This document shows, one piece after another, positions 48,582 to 61,829 of a DNA stretch of 64,000 nucleotides (positions are counted from its first letter, which is position 1; the number at the start of each line of letters is the position of its first letter). The stretch covers positions 126,914,001 to 126,978,000 of the forward strand of contig OZ024743.1 of assembly GCA_964016885.1 (NCBI GenBank), written 5' to 3'. A program made the position numbers and the translations under genes. Below the pieces are notes generated by a model. That model worked only from the letters and a program-made list of their open reading frames with translations. It was not told where the DNA came from and made no database searches. This DNA is from Eledone cirrhosa (Eukaryota).

Positions 48582-50933
48582 AATGCACAGAACTCATTGC
48601 TGAATACAATGAAGGCATTTTTACTGTTGAAAACCAAAACACATCTCCACCACTTCTGACATCAAATTCTATAACTATGTAATTCACACCTGCAATGCTG
48701 TGACATCACCTTAAGAATAAGCGCCACTATGCCTCTCCTAGTCTTGACGGTGTTATGTACCTGCTTCTCAAACGTGGCGTGTACTTTTTTTTGCACCAGC
48801 TTTCACTCTTCTTTCAATTCTGTTTTATCAACGGTATTACTCCAGAGCAATGGAAAACTGCCAGTGTCATTCCTATGTTCAAAAAGGGTAATTGCACGTT
48901 GTCTGTCGACTATCGTCCACTAGCTGCATCGCCAAACTGATGAAATCCTGTGTCAGAGAAACACTCTGGATCATCTGGAATTCTCACAGCCTTATCTGGC
49001 CCTTGCAATTTGGATTTATCCCTAACTCCAGCTGTTGTAATCAACTCATCGAGTTTCTTGAAGACATTACCTGGATCACTGATGGCAGCTCATGGGTGGA
49101 TGCTGTTTATCTTGACTTTGCTAAAGCTTTTCAAAACTCTGCAATGGGTGTGAGAGATGATCTTTATAACTGGTTGAAGTCCTTCATTCTCAGTCGAAAA
49201 GCAGTAGTCACGGTTCTTGGACAGCATTCGTTACCCTACGAGATGTCATTTGGTGTACCGCAGGGATTTGTTCTTGGTCTCCTTTTGTTTGTTGCATATA
49301 TTAATGACATAGATGCCAACTTAAAGAGTGCCACAGTGCTGAAATATGCAGATGAAATCAAGCCAGCTTGAGATAAAAAGGACATATCCTGAACACTATA
49401 GATCTTGCCTGCAATCAGACCTGGACACAATGCAGCAATGGTTCACAGACTGGCTGTGGACAAGTGTACTAACATGCATCATTTTGGGAGGAAAAACTCA
49501 GCATCCACATACTTCCTCCACAACACTAATCTCAAGAAGTCTTCTTGTGAACGTGACCTAGGCATTACTGTCAGCAGCAATTTGCGTTGGATAAATCACA
49601 TCTCTAAAATTGTCAAGAAGGCTGAGGGTGTCTTGGCATCACTCAGTAAGACCTTTGTAGGCCACTCTCCAGCTATCTATCTAAAGCTGTATATAGCTAT
49701 GGTGCAGCCACACTTTTGCATCACCAGTCTGGAACCCCTTTCTTGTTCAGAATATTGATCTCCTGGAGACATGCAACCAAGTGAATACAAACCCTCCATA
49801 AAGCATCTACCATACTCTGAACACCTTGCTTCCCTGGGTATGGATACACTGAAACTCTGACATATGGCAACTGACCAGGTAAACACCAAAAAAATTATTA
49901 ACCATCATGCCAACAACCCTGAGCACCTTTTTGAATTCCATGTATCTAACACCTGTGGACATGCTTACAAATTCAAAAATCAGCACAGCTCCCATGACTT
50001 TCGGAAACAATTTTTCATGCTCAAAGTTGCTGAACCATGGAACAAACTACCTGCATTGGTTGTTAGCTGTCGGTACACTGCATCCTTCAAAACCTCCATG
50101 CTCCCCGAAATTCACCAACACTAGACTTGATATTCCGCCTCCATACACACTCAAGCATGTATCTGTGTGTATAATATGACTCATACACTGTTCACTTTCC
50201 TGACATTTGTACATTATTCTATGTACTATACATGCACCTTTGATAAGTTGTAGTGCACCTGAGTACTGTACACAATAATTTTATTATTATTAAAATTCAG
50301 AAGGCTTTACCAGTACAGTCTTGAAGATAAAGCTCAGTTAAAGCAATGGTTACCCAAAGATGAAAAGGGTCTGGTCAAATCAAGAGACATTCAGGAGGAA
50401 AAGTTATGGCAACAGTCTTTTGGGATGCTGAGGGTTTTTGTTAGTTGACTTCTTAGAGGGAAGAAAAACAGTAACATTTGCTTATTATGAAAAGGTTTTA
50501 AGAAAATTAAGCAGAAAAGCTCCCTGGAAAACTTCTTGAGGGACTTCTTTTCCACCACAATGTTAAACAAAGGGAACCTTGCAGGAATTTCGATGCAAAA
50601 TTAGACAGCCACACTACAGTTCTGATTCAGCAACTGATTTTTTCTTATTTCCTAAAGAATTTTTAAAAGGTACCCACTTTGTTTTATTAATGATGTAAAA
50701 ATGGCTAATACAACATGATTAAATTCTCAAGATCCTCAATTCTATTAGGATAATGTAAACAGCTAGTATCATCACTTACAAAGGTGCCTTGATGTTGATG
50801 ATGCTTATATGGAGAAATAAAGCTTTTACATAAGATAATATTCTTTTCATTCAATTTTTCCACAAACTTTTTGAATGCCCCTGGTATATATATATATGTG
50901 TGTAAGTGTGGGTGTGTGTGTGTATGCATATAT

Positions 50934-52033
50934 ATCATCATCATCATTTTACGTCCGCTTTTCCCTGCTTGCAAGGGTGGGACAGGTCTTATTCGGCACA
51001 GCATCTCTCCACTTGTCAAGGTCCTTCGTCATCTCCACTGTGAGCTTCAGCGATCTGAGGTCTGCTCTCACCACCTCCGTCCATGTTTTTCGTGGTCTAC
51101 CTCTACCACGTCTTCCTTCAACTGGCATTTCCTGGCACTTCTTCACCCATCGGTCATCCTCCATTCACCTCATGTCCATACCATCGCAGTCTCCTCTCTC
51201 CTGCACACTACAATTTATCCCCCTCAGACAGTTTCTCTCTCAACATCCATGCTCGGTCCTTCACACACATCCAACGGAGCATGCTTACCTCATTTCTCTC
51301 CAGCCGTCGCATATCCTCTGCAGTTGCTGCCCATGTCTCACTACCATACAGCATCGCGCTCCTCACACAGGCATCATATATCCAGCCTTTCGTACACAGG
51401 GAGAAACCCTTCTTCGTCAGCAGAGGAAGCAGCTACCTAAACTTCTTCCAACTAGTGCTTATTCAAGATACTATGGCCTCGGAACACGCCCCTCCCATGC
51501 TAATCTGATCTCCTAGGTACCGGAAGCTATAAAAAAATGTGTCTATCAATGCGACTTCTACTGTCTAATTTCCCTGTACATCTACTGCATACATATTTCT
51601 CCCTACCTGTTAGTTTGCCTGCTATCCCATTACATCTCTTGTGTACCCAAGATCTGCATTGTGTGCATTTTATAGAATTTATGCCAGTTCCTTTTCTGCA
51701 TATCGAACATGGCCATTTCCCTGACAGAATCAGAGTTTTGTCCTCTTTTCTACTCAACACTTTTGTCTTAGCTAGGTTCACTCTCAGTCCTCTTGATTCC
51801 AACTGCTGTTTCCATAGCCAGAATTTATTCTCTAGCTCCTCTACTGATTCTGATATAAGAACCAAATCGTCAGCATAGAGAAGTTCCCATGGACAGCCAG
51901 TCATAAACTCCTCTGTTATGGCTTGGAGGACTATAATGAACAAGAGCAGGCTGAGGACCAAACCCTGATGTACCCCTACTTGTATCTGGAATTCCTCACT
52001 AAACTCCAATCCTACCCTCACTTTACTGACAAG
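50934..52033 (-). mobile_element. 5'-truncated RTE LINE
   Basis: GVHQG...PWELLYADD and PHD finger; same family as 40934-42100. Confidence 0.9.
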
Positions 52034-53290
52034 TTTGTGTGTGTGAATTTATGTGTGTGTGTGCGCGCATCTACGTATATATAAGGGATATAGATATTGC
52101 TTTCCCATTGTCACCAAGCTTCTCTCGTTGCTACTAAGTATTTTATTTTGCTACAATGTATATTATTTTGCAAGGTACTATTTTTCCCCTGAGTTTGTGA
52201 TTTCAGAGAAAGGTAAGAAATTCTTCATATTTTGCCTCTTTTGTATTTTGACTTTACAGTTTGAATTGTAGATTTGTCTATCCACTCAAAATATTACAAC
52301 AGCTAACAGTGAAATATAGAATTTTAAAAAAAAGCTTTTTCGACTAAGATCAAATCTTTGTGAACATTCACGTCGATTTTTCAAAAATATATAATTTGAA
52401 ATAGCTTGCTTTTGTTTTGGACTGAAACTTTTTTGTATTTAATTGTACGAGTATTTTTTAAATATTTTTTTAAAGATTCTAACCTAACTTGATTTGGCCC
52501 AGTAATCTACTGATATCAAAATCAGTAGTATATTGAAAAATGGAAAAATAGGATAGGGGTGGGCGTTTTGTGATTTCGAGGGGCAAAAAAGGGCGTTTGG
52601 CCGAAATGGGTTGAGAACCTTTGTCCTAGAAGAATGTTCTGACAAGGGCTAGGGGTCCTTCACTCCCAGTGGGTTTAACTGTGCAATCGGGTATCCAGCC
52701 TGATTATTTCTATATCCCCGCGCAAAAAAAAAAAAATAATAATCATTTATTGACACTCATACGTACGACACACACACTCACTCACATGCCAACACTTATG
52801 CATTCAAACACACACACACACACCACTCACTCACATACCAACACTCATGCTACATACATGTCACTCACACACCAATACTCATGCATACACACACACACAC
52901 ATATACTGATACAAGATCATGTCAACTGTTGACTTTCGAAAGTTCGTATAATTGAAGCTGTGTTACTGTTCAGTATTATTATAATTGTTTTACAGCATAG
53001 AGCTACGGCCCTCCTCGCTCTAGGCCCAAATCCCGCCGAGGTCAACCGTGTCCTTTATCCTCACGAAGCCGACAAAACAAGGCACCAACAATGCGCTGGT
53101 ACAATCACTGCCCCGTACCAAAAACAGAAAAATTACTATTATTATAGTTGTTTTCTTAAGGCCCAATTGCTGGTGATAGTGATGGTGGTGGCAATTGATG
53201 TTGTTGCTGTTTGTTGTTCCTCTTGATGTTCATTTCATCTGATGCTACTGCAGACAATGGTGTTGTTGCTGTTGTAGTTGCTTCAACTGA

Positions 53291-53329
<39 letters not shown>

Positions 53330-53998
53330 CTCGCTGGACTTCTTCCTTGTTGAAAATCCAAGTATCGGCCTCCGTCATTTACTATTCGCTTAATTGGTGA
53401 AATATATTTCTTTAATGGAATATATACAGGGAAGATTAATCATATTATAAGGTATCTATTTCTGAAGTTCTAGTCAACTTTATTTAGTTACCTACCTAGC
53501 TATGTGTGCTGACACACTTATAAACATTATCCCCTGTGATTGTTTCATATGTTTATTTATATGTTAATCAATTTCTAGTTGTTATAAAATGCTCGAACCT
53601 ATTCATTAGAATCTTGGAGCTTATTTTACGGGTGATATGGCGCATGCCTTTCTGGCATGACACCCATAATTTTGATTTAGATTAAATTCATTTTGATTTA
53701 TCTTAATTTTGGATATAGATATATATATACATATATATATATACACATACACATATATATACACACACACACATTCAACACAGTAAGGAGTTTAGCAACA
53801 GATCAGTCACCTTAGTCTAGATAGGGTAATGACTTGTGTAAATGTGGTGGTGGTGGTAGGGAATGAGTGTAGACGTTATTGTGGTGGCTGGGGCAGTAAG
53901 ATATATCTAGTTCATAATTCATTTGTCCGTTTTCCTCTCTTTTCAAAATTTTTGAATTTATATGCTCTGGGAAAAATATATGGAATATTTGTGTAACT

Positions 53999-55720
53999 AT
54001 CATCATCTTCGTTTAACATCCATCGTCCACGCTAGCATGGGTTAGACGTGAGTTGTCCCACTTGAGACAACGTTGGTCAGGAGACCGTGTCTCGCTCATA
54101 TAGGACTATCTGGCAGGTTTTCTACGGCTGGATGCCCTTCCTAACACCAACAATAGTGTGGAACTGGGAACTTTTTACCGTGTTACCTACATGGCCACAT
54201 TACAGCGTGGACTGTGTTTTTTTTTGTCGTGACACCTCCACGATCCCGATCTCATTTATTTGGACTGGATGTTGTGGTACCAACTTTACAGAGAGAGGGT
54301 GGTGTTGGTGGGAGTGGGAGGATAGGGTAGGGGTAGTGGATTGGGGTGTATATTTGGTTAAGAGGTGCCTACTGACTGTAAGTTTCGCTTTGTACATAGG
54401 CAAGGCGGGTCTTCTGTATTACTGCGTAGCGCCAAAGATCTCGGTCCAGTGACATTGTCTTAGAGGTGCAAGTGTGTAAAGTTGGAATTTATTAGACCGT
54501 CCCAGGTTTTTCTGGGTCTACCTACTCCGTAACTACCATCAATTTTGATCGCCCTGCACTTTTTTATACCGCTGTCGTCTTTCATGCGCATCACGTGGCC
54601 ATACCAACGTAGTCTTCTCTCAAATAAACAGCATCTGATCCCGCTTATTCCTAATTTCTCACTTAGTTCCTTTATGCTTTGCCATTCACATATATTACTA
54701 TTACACATCCAACAGAGTATGCATGCTTCGTTCCTTTCCTGTCTGCGCAAGTCCTCTGCACACAATGCTCATGTCTCACTGCCATGAAGCATTGCTGTTC
54801 GTATACAAGCATCATACAATCTGCCTTTCATTTTTAGAGAGAAACCTTTTGTGGCCAACAGCAGTATAAGCTCTTTGAATGTTTTCCATCCCGTTCTGAC
54901 TCTGGCTACTGTACTTTCAGAACACCCTCCACCACTGCTGATTTCTATAGAACCATCTGGGCAATAGGAGCTAGTTACCTGTGGGCACTTGCTACTTATT
55001 GCACCTGCCCCATATAAAGTCTACGTTCTTAGATAGTTTACCTGTGATCCCACTACATCTTTTATGTACCCATAGTTTGCATTTGGGATATAAAATGGAA
55101 TTTCTGCTATATATATATATATCCTCATCACTGTTTTACGTCCGTTCTTCCACGCAAGCATGGGTTAGATGGGTTGTTCTGTTGTGGGTAGTGTCCGGTT
55201 GGCTGACCTTGTCTTGCTCATACTGGAACTGATTCTGGCATGATTTCTACAGCTGGATGCCCTTCCTAATACCAACCTATTTACAGTGAGTACTGGGTGC
55301 CTTTTTTCCGTGGCGCCTGCACGTCCACTTTACAGTGTGGGTTGGATGCCTTTTTGTTGTGGCACCTCCACGACCACTTTGCAGTGGGGAGGGGCATATT
55401 GTCTATATGCTTCAGCTTCGGCTTGTACCCATGGGAAGTCGGGTCTTCTGTATTACTGCGTGTCGCCAGAGGTCACGGTCGTGTGTCATGGCCTTTGAGA
55501 GGTGCAATTGGGTAAGGTCGGCTTTTATCACCTCACTTTTGTCTCCCCACTCCACGGCTTGCATCGACTTCCAGTGCACCTTTTTATGCAGCTGTCATCC
55601 TTCATACGCATCACATGTCCATACCAACGCAACCTCCTCTGCTGCACACAGCATTTGATTCCTTTTACGCTCAGTCTCTCTCAATTCGATTATGCTTTGC
55701 CGTTTGTGTATATTACTATA
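53999..55720 (-). mobile_element. two 5'-truncated RTE fragments (~54000-55105 and ~55125-55720)
   Basis: ERRLRWYGHVMRMKDDS motif and RTE 3' UTR. Confidence 0.85.
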
Positions 55721-55785
55721 TATATATGATTCGTTTTTTAATTTGTTTTGCGAGATTTCTTATTTGAAAACGTGTTTTAAAACAG

Positions 55786-55996
55786 ATATTGTTATACTTT
55801 GGGAGGGTTATGTTGCCAATAAAAACACACGCACCTGTTGGTTTTCACTTCAATTTATTATAAATTTCCGGTTGGTTAGTTAGTTCGATAACCGGAATGT
55901 TTATATAAAATCAAAGCTCTTTCATCGCACATTCTGTGACCTCTTCAGTGACTAGGTTTTTTTTGACAACATGACCCTCCCAAAGTATAACAATAT
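55786..55996. mobile_element. ~210-bp Penelope-type mini-element with ~38-bp terminal inverted repeats
   Basis: ATATTGTTATACTTTGGGAGGGTTATGTTG ... CAACATGACCCTCCCAAAGTATAACAATAT; sits in (TA)n. Confidence 0.7.
55910..55952 (-). ncRNA. minimal type I hammerhead ribozyme
   Basis: Minus strand reads GTCA-CTGAAGA-GGTCACAGAATGTGCGAT-GAAA-GAGC-TT-TGAT. A decayed homologue lies at ~9610-9652 and ~24135-24178. Confidence 0.6.
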
Positions 55997-56048
55997 ATAT
56001 ATATATTAGGGTACGTCAAAGCTTATTTGTAAAACTGTTATATATTGT

Positions 56049-56111
56049 ATTTTGTCTGATGAAGGCATACCATAATTTAATTTGGTATCCCTGAAATATG
56101 TATAATGAAAT
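56049..56111 (+). ncRNA. type I hammerhead ribozyme
   Basis: CTGATGA 56056-56062, stem II AGGcATACCA/TGGTATcCCT, GAAA 56093-56096, near-palindromic TATGTA, TA, stem I ATTTTGT/ATGAAAT with two G:U pairs. Confidence 0.7.
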
Positions 56112-56360
56112 AAATATGGTTTTATAAATATAGTTTCCATTTATTAATATCGTATATATATATATATATATATACCCGCCCAAACCCATGCAAGCGTGGA
56201 AGATGGACGTTAAACGATGATGATGATGATACCATATATACTGTGATAATGACAATGATTGTGGATAAAGTTATACGAGTGCAAAAGAAATGTAAATTTT
56301 ATTAAAACGTAGTTTGCTTGAAGCATTGTATATAATATTATATAATGTGGAAAGTGATAT

Positions 56361-57770
56361 CAGTTTAAGTTGGTTAGGTTATAGTAGATATAGTCTTTGT
56401 ATGACTTCATCAGAGCTACTTTTCCAGGACATGTCAGCAGCTCTAAGTCATACAGACTACATCAACTACAACCTAACCAACTTAAACTCAACAGATAAGC
56501 CTTTAGTTTCAACGTTGTCTCTCTCTACACGACATTACCCACTCACCCATTACACACTCAATCGGTCATCGTAGAAAATACATATTTCACTTTCCACTAC
56601 CACACATAGAAACAGGCATACCTATGGAATCCAGTCTTCCAGGCCATCTGTCCATCACCTATATGAACTAGAACGTCGAGCACTCAACACCTGCCACTCC
56701 TGTGTTTTCTTCACCCAATACATAGATGATACACCCATCCTCACATAATCCTGTGAAGAGGCCGACATATCTACAACATTCTCAAACATAGATAACAACA
56801 TAACATTTACCATAGAACAGCCCAATAAAAATGATTCCTTATCCCTGCTGGACTTCCAGCTTAGAATAACAGAAGGTGCTATATACACCAACTTATATAG
56901 GAAAGCCACTAGCAGAGACCTGTTTGTGCATTATAGATCAGCCCTTCCCTTTGTTGCTAAAACCAGATACATAAGAAATGAACTGATGCGCATCTGGAAT
57001 AAATGCAGCAAGACAGAGTACCAGATCACTCAAGCTACACACTTCATGGATGTACTGAAGACGAATGGATACCCAACATCCACAGTGAATTGTCTTAGGA
57101 ATCAAAGGCACTGTAGACATAAGACCTCCTCTAACACCTGCTTCATGAAAATACCACACTTCAGCAAAAGCATAACCACAGCTATCCGCAAAGGACTGGA
57201 CATACAATTAGCACACTTCAGCCCTTCACTGCGTGGATACCTATCGAAAAAAGCAATCCAGAGACAACAACCAATGTTTACTGATTAACTGCACTATCCC
57301 CAACACAAGTATGTGCCAGTGGACACGTGGTATACCAGATTGAAAGCAGCAAATGTTCTACATCGGTAGCACAACTTGAGCACTCCACACTCACATTAAA
57401 GAACACCTCAACACACATGCATCCTCATTCAAAAAGCACACTGACAAATGCAGAAATACCAACAAAAATATTGAAGCCAGAGAGAGAAATGTGAGCAATT
57501 TAAGAATTAAAGAAGCCTTGGTTATACCACAATACTTGATTTAAAAAGACACACCACCCACATGCAACCTAAACAACATCTCATACAATGAAATTGATTC
57601 CATGAAATATAACATCGGCAACTGACATCTTTGAGCTTACCGTGAATAACAACGCTTGAAAGCGGTTTATTCAATTTAATTCCAAGAAGAAGAAACCAGA
57701 ACACTTTTCTCTGAGAGTTCCTTATACTCTGAAGAAGGGAATTTTAAGTCTTGAAATATTAGGATGAAAG
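56361..57770 (+). mobile_element. decayed Penelope-like element (RT C-part and GIY-YIG)
   Basis: YIDD, FTIEQ...SLSLLD, LYRKP, HYRSALP, LKTNGYP, VVYQI...YIGST...IKEH; remnant hammerhead CTGAAGA...GAAA at ~57729-57756. Confidence 0.85.
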
Positions 57771-57851
57771 AAACAACAGCAACAAAAACAAAACAAAGAT
57801 TACCAGGTAACTAAATTTTTCGTTACCTTCATCTTATTGTTCATTTTAAAT

Positions 57852-57857
57852 TTTATT
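57852..57857 (-). terminator. candidate MAD2 polyadenylation signal
   Basis: AATAAA on the minus strand ~150 nt after the MAD2 stop. Confidence 0.5.
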
Positions 57858-58004
57858 GTTTCTATATACATATGGTATAAAAGACTTTGAGACGAAACTA
57901 ATAGTAAGTTGCCTTCATTAGTTAGATACACACCTACTTCCATTCTGTCAGTTTCATCACTGGTACCCTAACATTCTTCTATATAGCTGTCACTCTCCAC
58001 ACAA

Positions 58005-58171
58005 TTAGTCAGTCTTTTTGTATGATACACAAGTATTCACTTTGTGTATTTTTGTGGTAAAAGAACGCATTCGTACCTCGCTTGAATTGGCAATAAACTT
58101 TGGGCCCGTCTCACCCCAGCTCTCTGGAGTTTCCAAATCTTTGTGAGTATAGACCAACACATCAAAGCTAC
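58005..58171 (-). CDS. MAD2L1: mitotic spindle checkpoint protein MAD2, last coding exon
   Basis: TTTTTTCAG acceptor, phase 1. (C)SFDVLVYTHKDLETPESWGETGPKFIANSSEVRMRSFTTKIHKVNTCVSYKKTD* matches the MAD2 HORMA safety-belt C-terminus. Confidence 0.97.
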
Positions 58172-59110
58172 CTGAAAAAAGGAGTATTAAGAAAATATGG
58201 TTACAAGTAAAATAAACTCAGTAACAAAATATACAATTAATCAAATCATCACCATCATTATTTTATGTCTGTTTTTCCTGCTAGCAAGTGTCAGACAGGC
58301 CATCATAAATCAAGCCAGTACTTTCACTGAAACTTCAAGACAGGCTGGGATTGGAGAAGTATTTTACTAAGTTATGATCCTGCACTCTACAGAATGTAAA
58401 GTGTGTGTTTTATCTTGGCACCAGCTCTAGGGAGATTGTCATGTCTGACACAACTGAAGAATCTTCTCAATCCTTTGTTTGGCAAATTTTCTATGGCTGG
58501 ATACCTTTTCTATCACCAACATATAGTAAAGTAATATTACTATTTCAGTTGAAATGTTAGCATATTACATGTGTTGTAATTAAGGTTTATTTTATGTTAT
58601 GTTTATGTAAAATATAAATGCACATATTTATAAACAAGGTGTATATTAGAAAATCTATGATAAATGAAGGTATGACTACATCATCATTATCATATCTGTT
58701 TTTTAATTTTAAACTTTGTTTATCCAAACTCACTCTCCAAAGGCATGGGTTGACCCAAGGCTTTAGAAGATACCTAAGGAATAGGGCATTGGGATTGAAC
58801 CTGCAATCATGAGATTGCAAAACAAACTTGTGTATTTAGCAGCAGAAGTAGCAACATGTCATAGATGTGAGTTGTACTACAATGTAGGTAAGACTTGAGT
58901 TTTGTAAAGGATCACACCAATTGATCAAGTATTACCCGACTCTGAAAAAGAAGACTAATTTTTTAAATAAAAAATTACCAAAATTATATCTGTTTTTGCC
59001 ATTAGGAACCCTAAGGGATATCATGAAGGGTAGGACCACAAGAGATAGTGTGAGGGCTAGCATTTATAGCAGCTTTGAGGACTGGGGCTCTGACTTTATG
59101 TGTAATAATG

Positions 59111-59290
59111 GTTCTGAAGTTTCTATAGTGATAACTACATTGTTTTGTCTTCTACCAGATGTTCCGAAGTCTCTACAGTGATGTCTATGTTATTATGTAT
59201 GCTATCATATGTTCCGAAGTTTTTATACTAATGTCTATGTTGTTATGTCTGCTATCAAATGTTCTAAAGTCTTTATGATATCTATGTGGC
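59111..59290. repeat. ~50-bp tandem repeat, about 3.5 copies, in the MAD2 intron
   Basis: Repeated ATGTTCCGAAGT...ATGTCTATGTT. Confidence 0.7.
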
Positions 59291-60626
59291 ATTTAGATCA
59301 GTTGTATGCAGAAGATGAAGGGACAGTGAAGTGGGTCAACATATACAGAGGTGTTTGCGTGTGTAATGGGTAGGCATAAGTTGGGCACTAATGTGTAGAA
59401 TATATAATTGAATCTTGGAAAACACTAGAAAAGATAGGTTGTGAATCTGCAAGGGTGATAGTGGGGCCAAGAGGTGAGAAATGGATGGAGACCAGTAAGT
59501 GAGAAACGTAGGAGAATGTCCTCTAGTTATTAACTGGTCTGAAAAATTTACTAATGTCAAGGGAAATAACCCCGTTTTTACCAAACCAGTAAATCAAGAA
59601 ACTGGTCAGACGAATGTATGCAGGTTGTGCCCTAGGTCAGACTATGGTATGTAGTTGGGGGTGGTGCAGTTGCAGGACAGATAGATATGTAGGTGGTGTG
59701 ACAAACAACTGTAAAGTGCTAGTACCATGATAAAATGCATCCAATAAAGTGATATTACTGGTGCCAAAATAAAATACTCCCTGTACATTTTGCAAAGATA
59801 AATACTGCCAATGCACACTGTAAAGTGGCAGTGCAGCTACCATTATAAAATATATCCAGTACATTCTGTAAAGCAGTAGTGCTGGTAACATGTAACAGCA
59901 CACTCTGTAAAGTAGTTGGTGATAAGAAGGGCATCTATCCCTAGATACCATACCAAAAATGGAACGTATGAGCAAGACGAAGTTCAACTCATTTGATCAT
60001 AAATTATGACATGTTCAACCCATGATGATAACCATTGTCTATCTCAGTAGACAGTGAAGAGTGAGCTACGATTTCAGTCTCTTATAAAGTTGCAGCACCT
60101 GCTGTGGTTGTAGTCGTTTTAGAAAGGCAGTTGCAGCATTTGAAGTCTACACATTACTCTAATGGTGCTAATAAAGCACTCTGTATCTGTGTAGCATTAA
60201 TTAGTTGCAGTTGTCTAGAGAGTTGGTTAGTGTCAATGTTGAAGCCAAAGGTAGTTGTTTACATTGATGTCATTAATGATCAAGTCTTCAGATAGATGTG
60301 ATGTCAGGAGTTGCTCCACTGACTGCTGTAATAATTCTTTTTTCCACGTCCTCTTTTACACACATATTGGCATCAGATTCTACCAACAATAAAACACCCA
60401 TAATCCATATCAAACCTTTCATTACCTTTGATTATCAATTAATTTTCAAAATAATCAAGAATTTGAAGGGATTAACTAACTTTCTCATTAAGCTGGTGTT
60501 TCTTACATACAATTATGATGGAAAGTGTTTAGATAAATATAAACACTTCAAAACAAACATAGTTTTATAGAATAAATGGTGGTTTAGTAAGAAAAGGGTT
60601 AAATAAAACTGAAGTTGGTTACTTAC

Positions 60627-60730
60627 AGGGAGTTTCAAGTAGGGGCAAAAATGTCACAGTGGCTGTTATTTGTCTCATCACAGCTCGAATTTCTTCCCGC
60701 ACTGTCTTTTCACTCTTTGGAGCAGGATTA
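60627..60730 (-). CDS. MAD2L1: MAD2, penultimate coding exon (104 nt)
   Basis: TTGCAG acceptor and GTAAGT donor. Encodes NPAPKSEKTVREEIRAVMRQITATVTFLPLLETP; the terminal T joins GT of the next exon to give Cys in frame. Confidence 0.97.
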
Positions 60731-61829
60731 CTGCAATAAACAACAAGTAGGCAGATATAGCGATAGTGGTTGTGTTTTGTATGTATGTGTATGCTGAAGA
60801 AAAAAACTGGATAGAAGAAGAATCAGATACTGTGTGCAAAAAATGATAGTGGAAGGAAGCTGCAATACAGGAATACCAAGGGAATCAGGAGGTAGTGAGA
60901 GCTGATCTCAAACTGATGAAACTCATAAGGGAGATGATGAAGAAACATGACAAGTGGAGAGATGCTGTGCTGAAAGAGACCTACCCAACTCATACAAACA
61001 GAACAGCAGACATAAAATGAGGTGTGTGCATATGTGTGTTGGTATGTATTAAGTAGTGTGATAGTGTATAGTAATGAGACATTGAAGATCTGTGGAGACT
61101 GGAGAGAAATGTTTCAGGTAGATTCCATGAACTGAGAAAATGGCTAGATATTAATCAACAGATGCAGGTGAGATAACAGGATAGATGACTGTTAGTATGG
61201 GAGATGTAAATGAATGATTATGGTTGACAATACAGGTGTCATGTACTGAGAGTGAAAGACCAAGGAAGACATGAAAAGTGCTAATGTCAGATCTCAGAAT
61301 GAAGGGGCTATAGCTGACTGAAGACATCTGGTATTATATTGTTGAACATATAAGATAACTGAAGACTAAAAATATCTGGTGTTACACTATCCAGCAGGTT
61401 CAAACCAAATGACTAAAGACTAAAAACATCAAAATACCAGATGATTGAAGACATCAGTGCAACAAATACATATCTGGTGTTACAGATCGAAAATACCAGT
61501 TGACTGAAGAATAAGTCAAGTAACATTACACTGTCTAACAGAACCATACTAGATGAGTGAAGACTGAAAAGATCTGATGTTATCTGTCTAACAAATCTAT
61601 ACAAGATGTATGTGTTTGCCACTTCAGATACAACATTTCACATAAACAGAGATGTTACTGCTCAGTGGTTAGAAATGCTAAGATCTACACCTTACTTAAC
61701 ACATGTGAAAATTGGCATCAGGAAGGGCATCCAGTTGTTGAATTCTACCTTAGAATGTCTCATCCAAATCATGGCAGTATAGAAAATCATTATCATCATC
61801 ATTACTATTTAACATCTATTATCCATGCA

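Larger units (their letters stand above)
46841..50291 (+). mobile_element. CR1-clade LINE, decayed, interrupted at 47018-48581
   Basis: KVFWKYV...DNAKEC|TELIAEY; PEQWKTASVIPMFKKG, VDAVYLDFAKAF, GVPQG, LKYADE, ERDLGITV; (TTA)n tail. Confidence 0.85.
46500..50884 (+). mobile_element. mariner transposase pseudogene split by nested insertions
   Basis: GRPSTS...DRRLT...KWD (to 46840) rejoins NSEG...KQW...GKVMATVFWDAEG...DFFLFP (from ~50293). Right TIR AAACTTTTTGAATGCCCCTGG is followed by TA. Confidence 0.8.

Noticed and set aside
61300-61640. Spaced GACTGAAGAC repeats resembling a CRISPR array
   Set aside because: Repeats are degenerate with related spacers, in a eukaryotic LINE tail context; this is an ordinary minisatellite.
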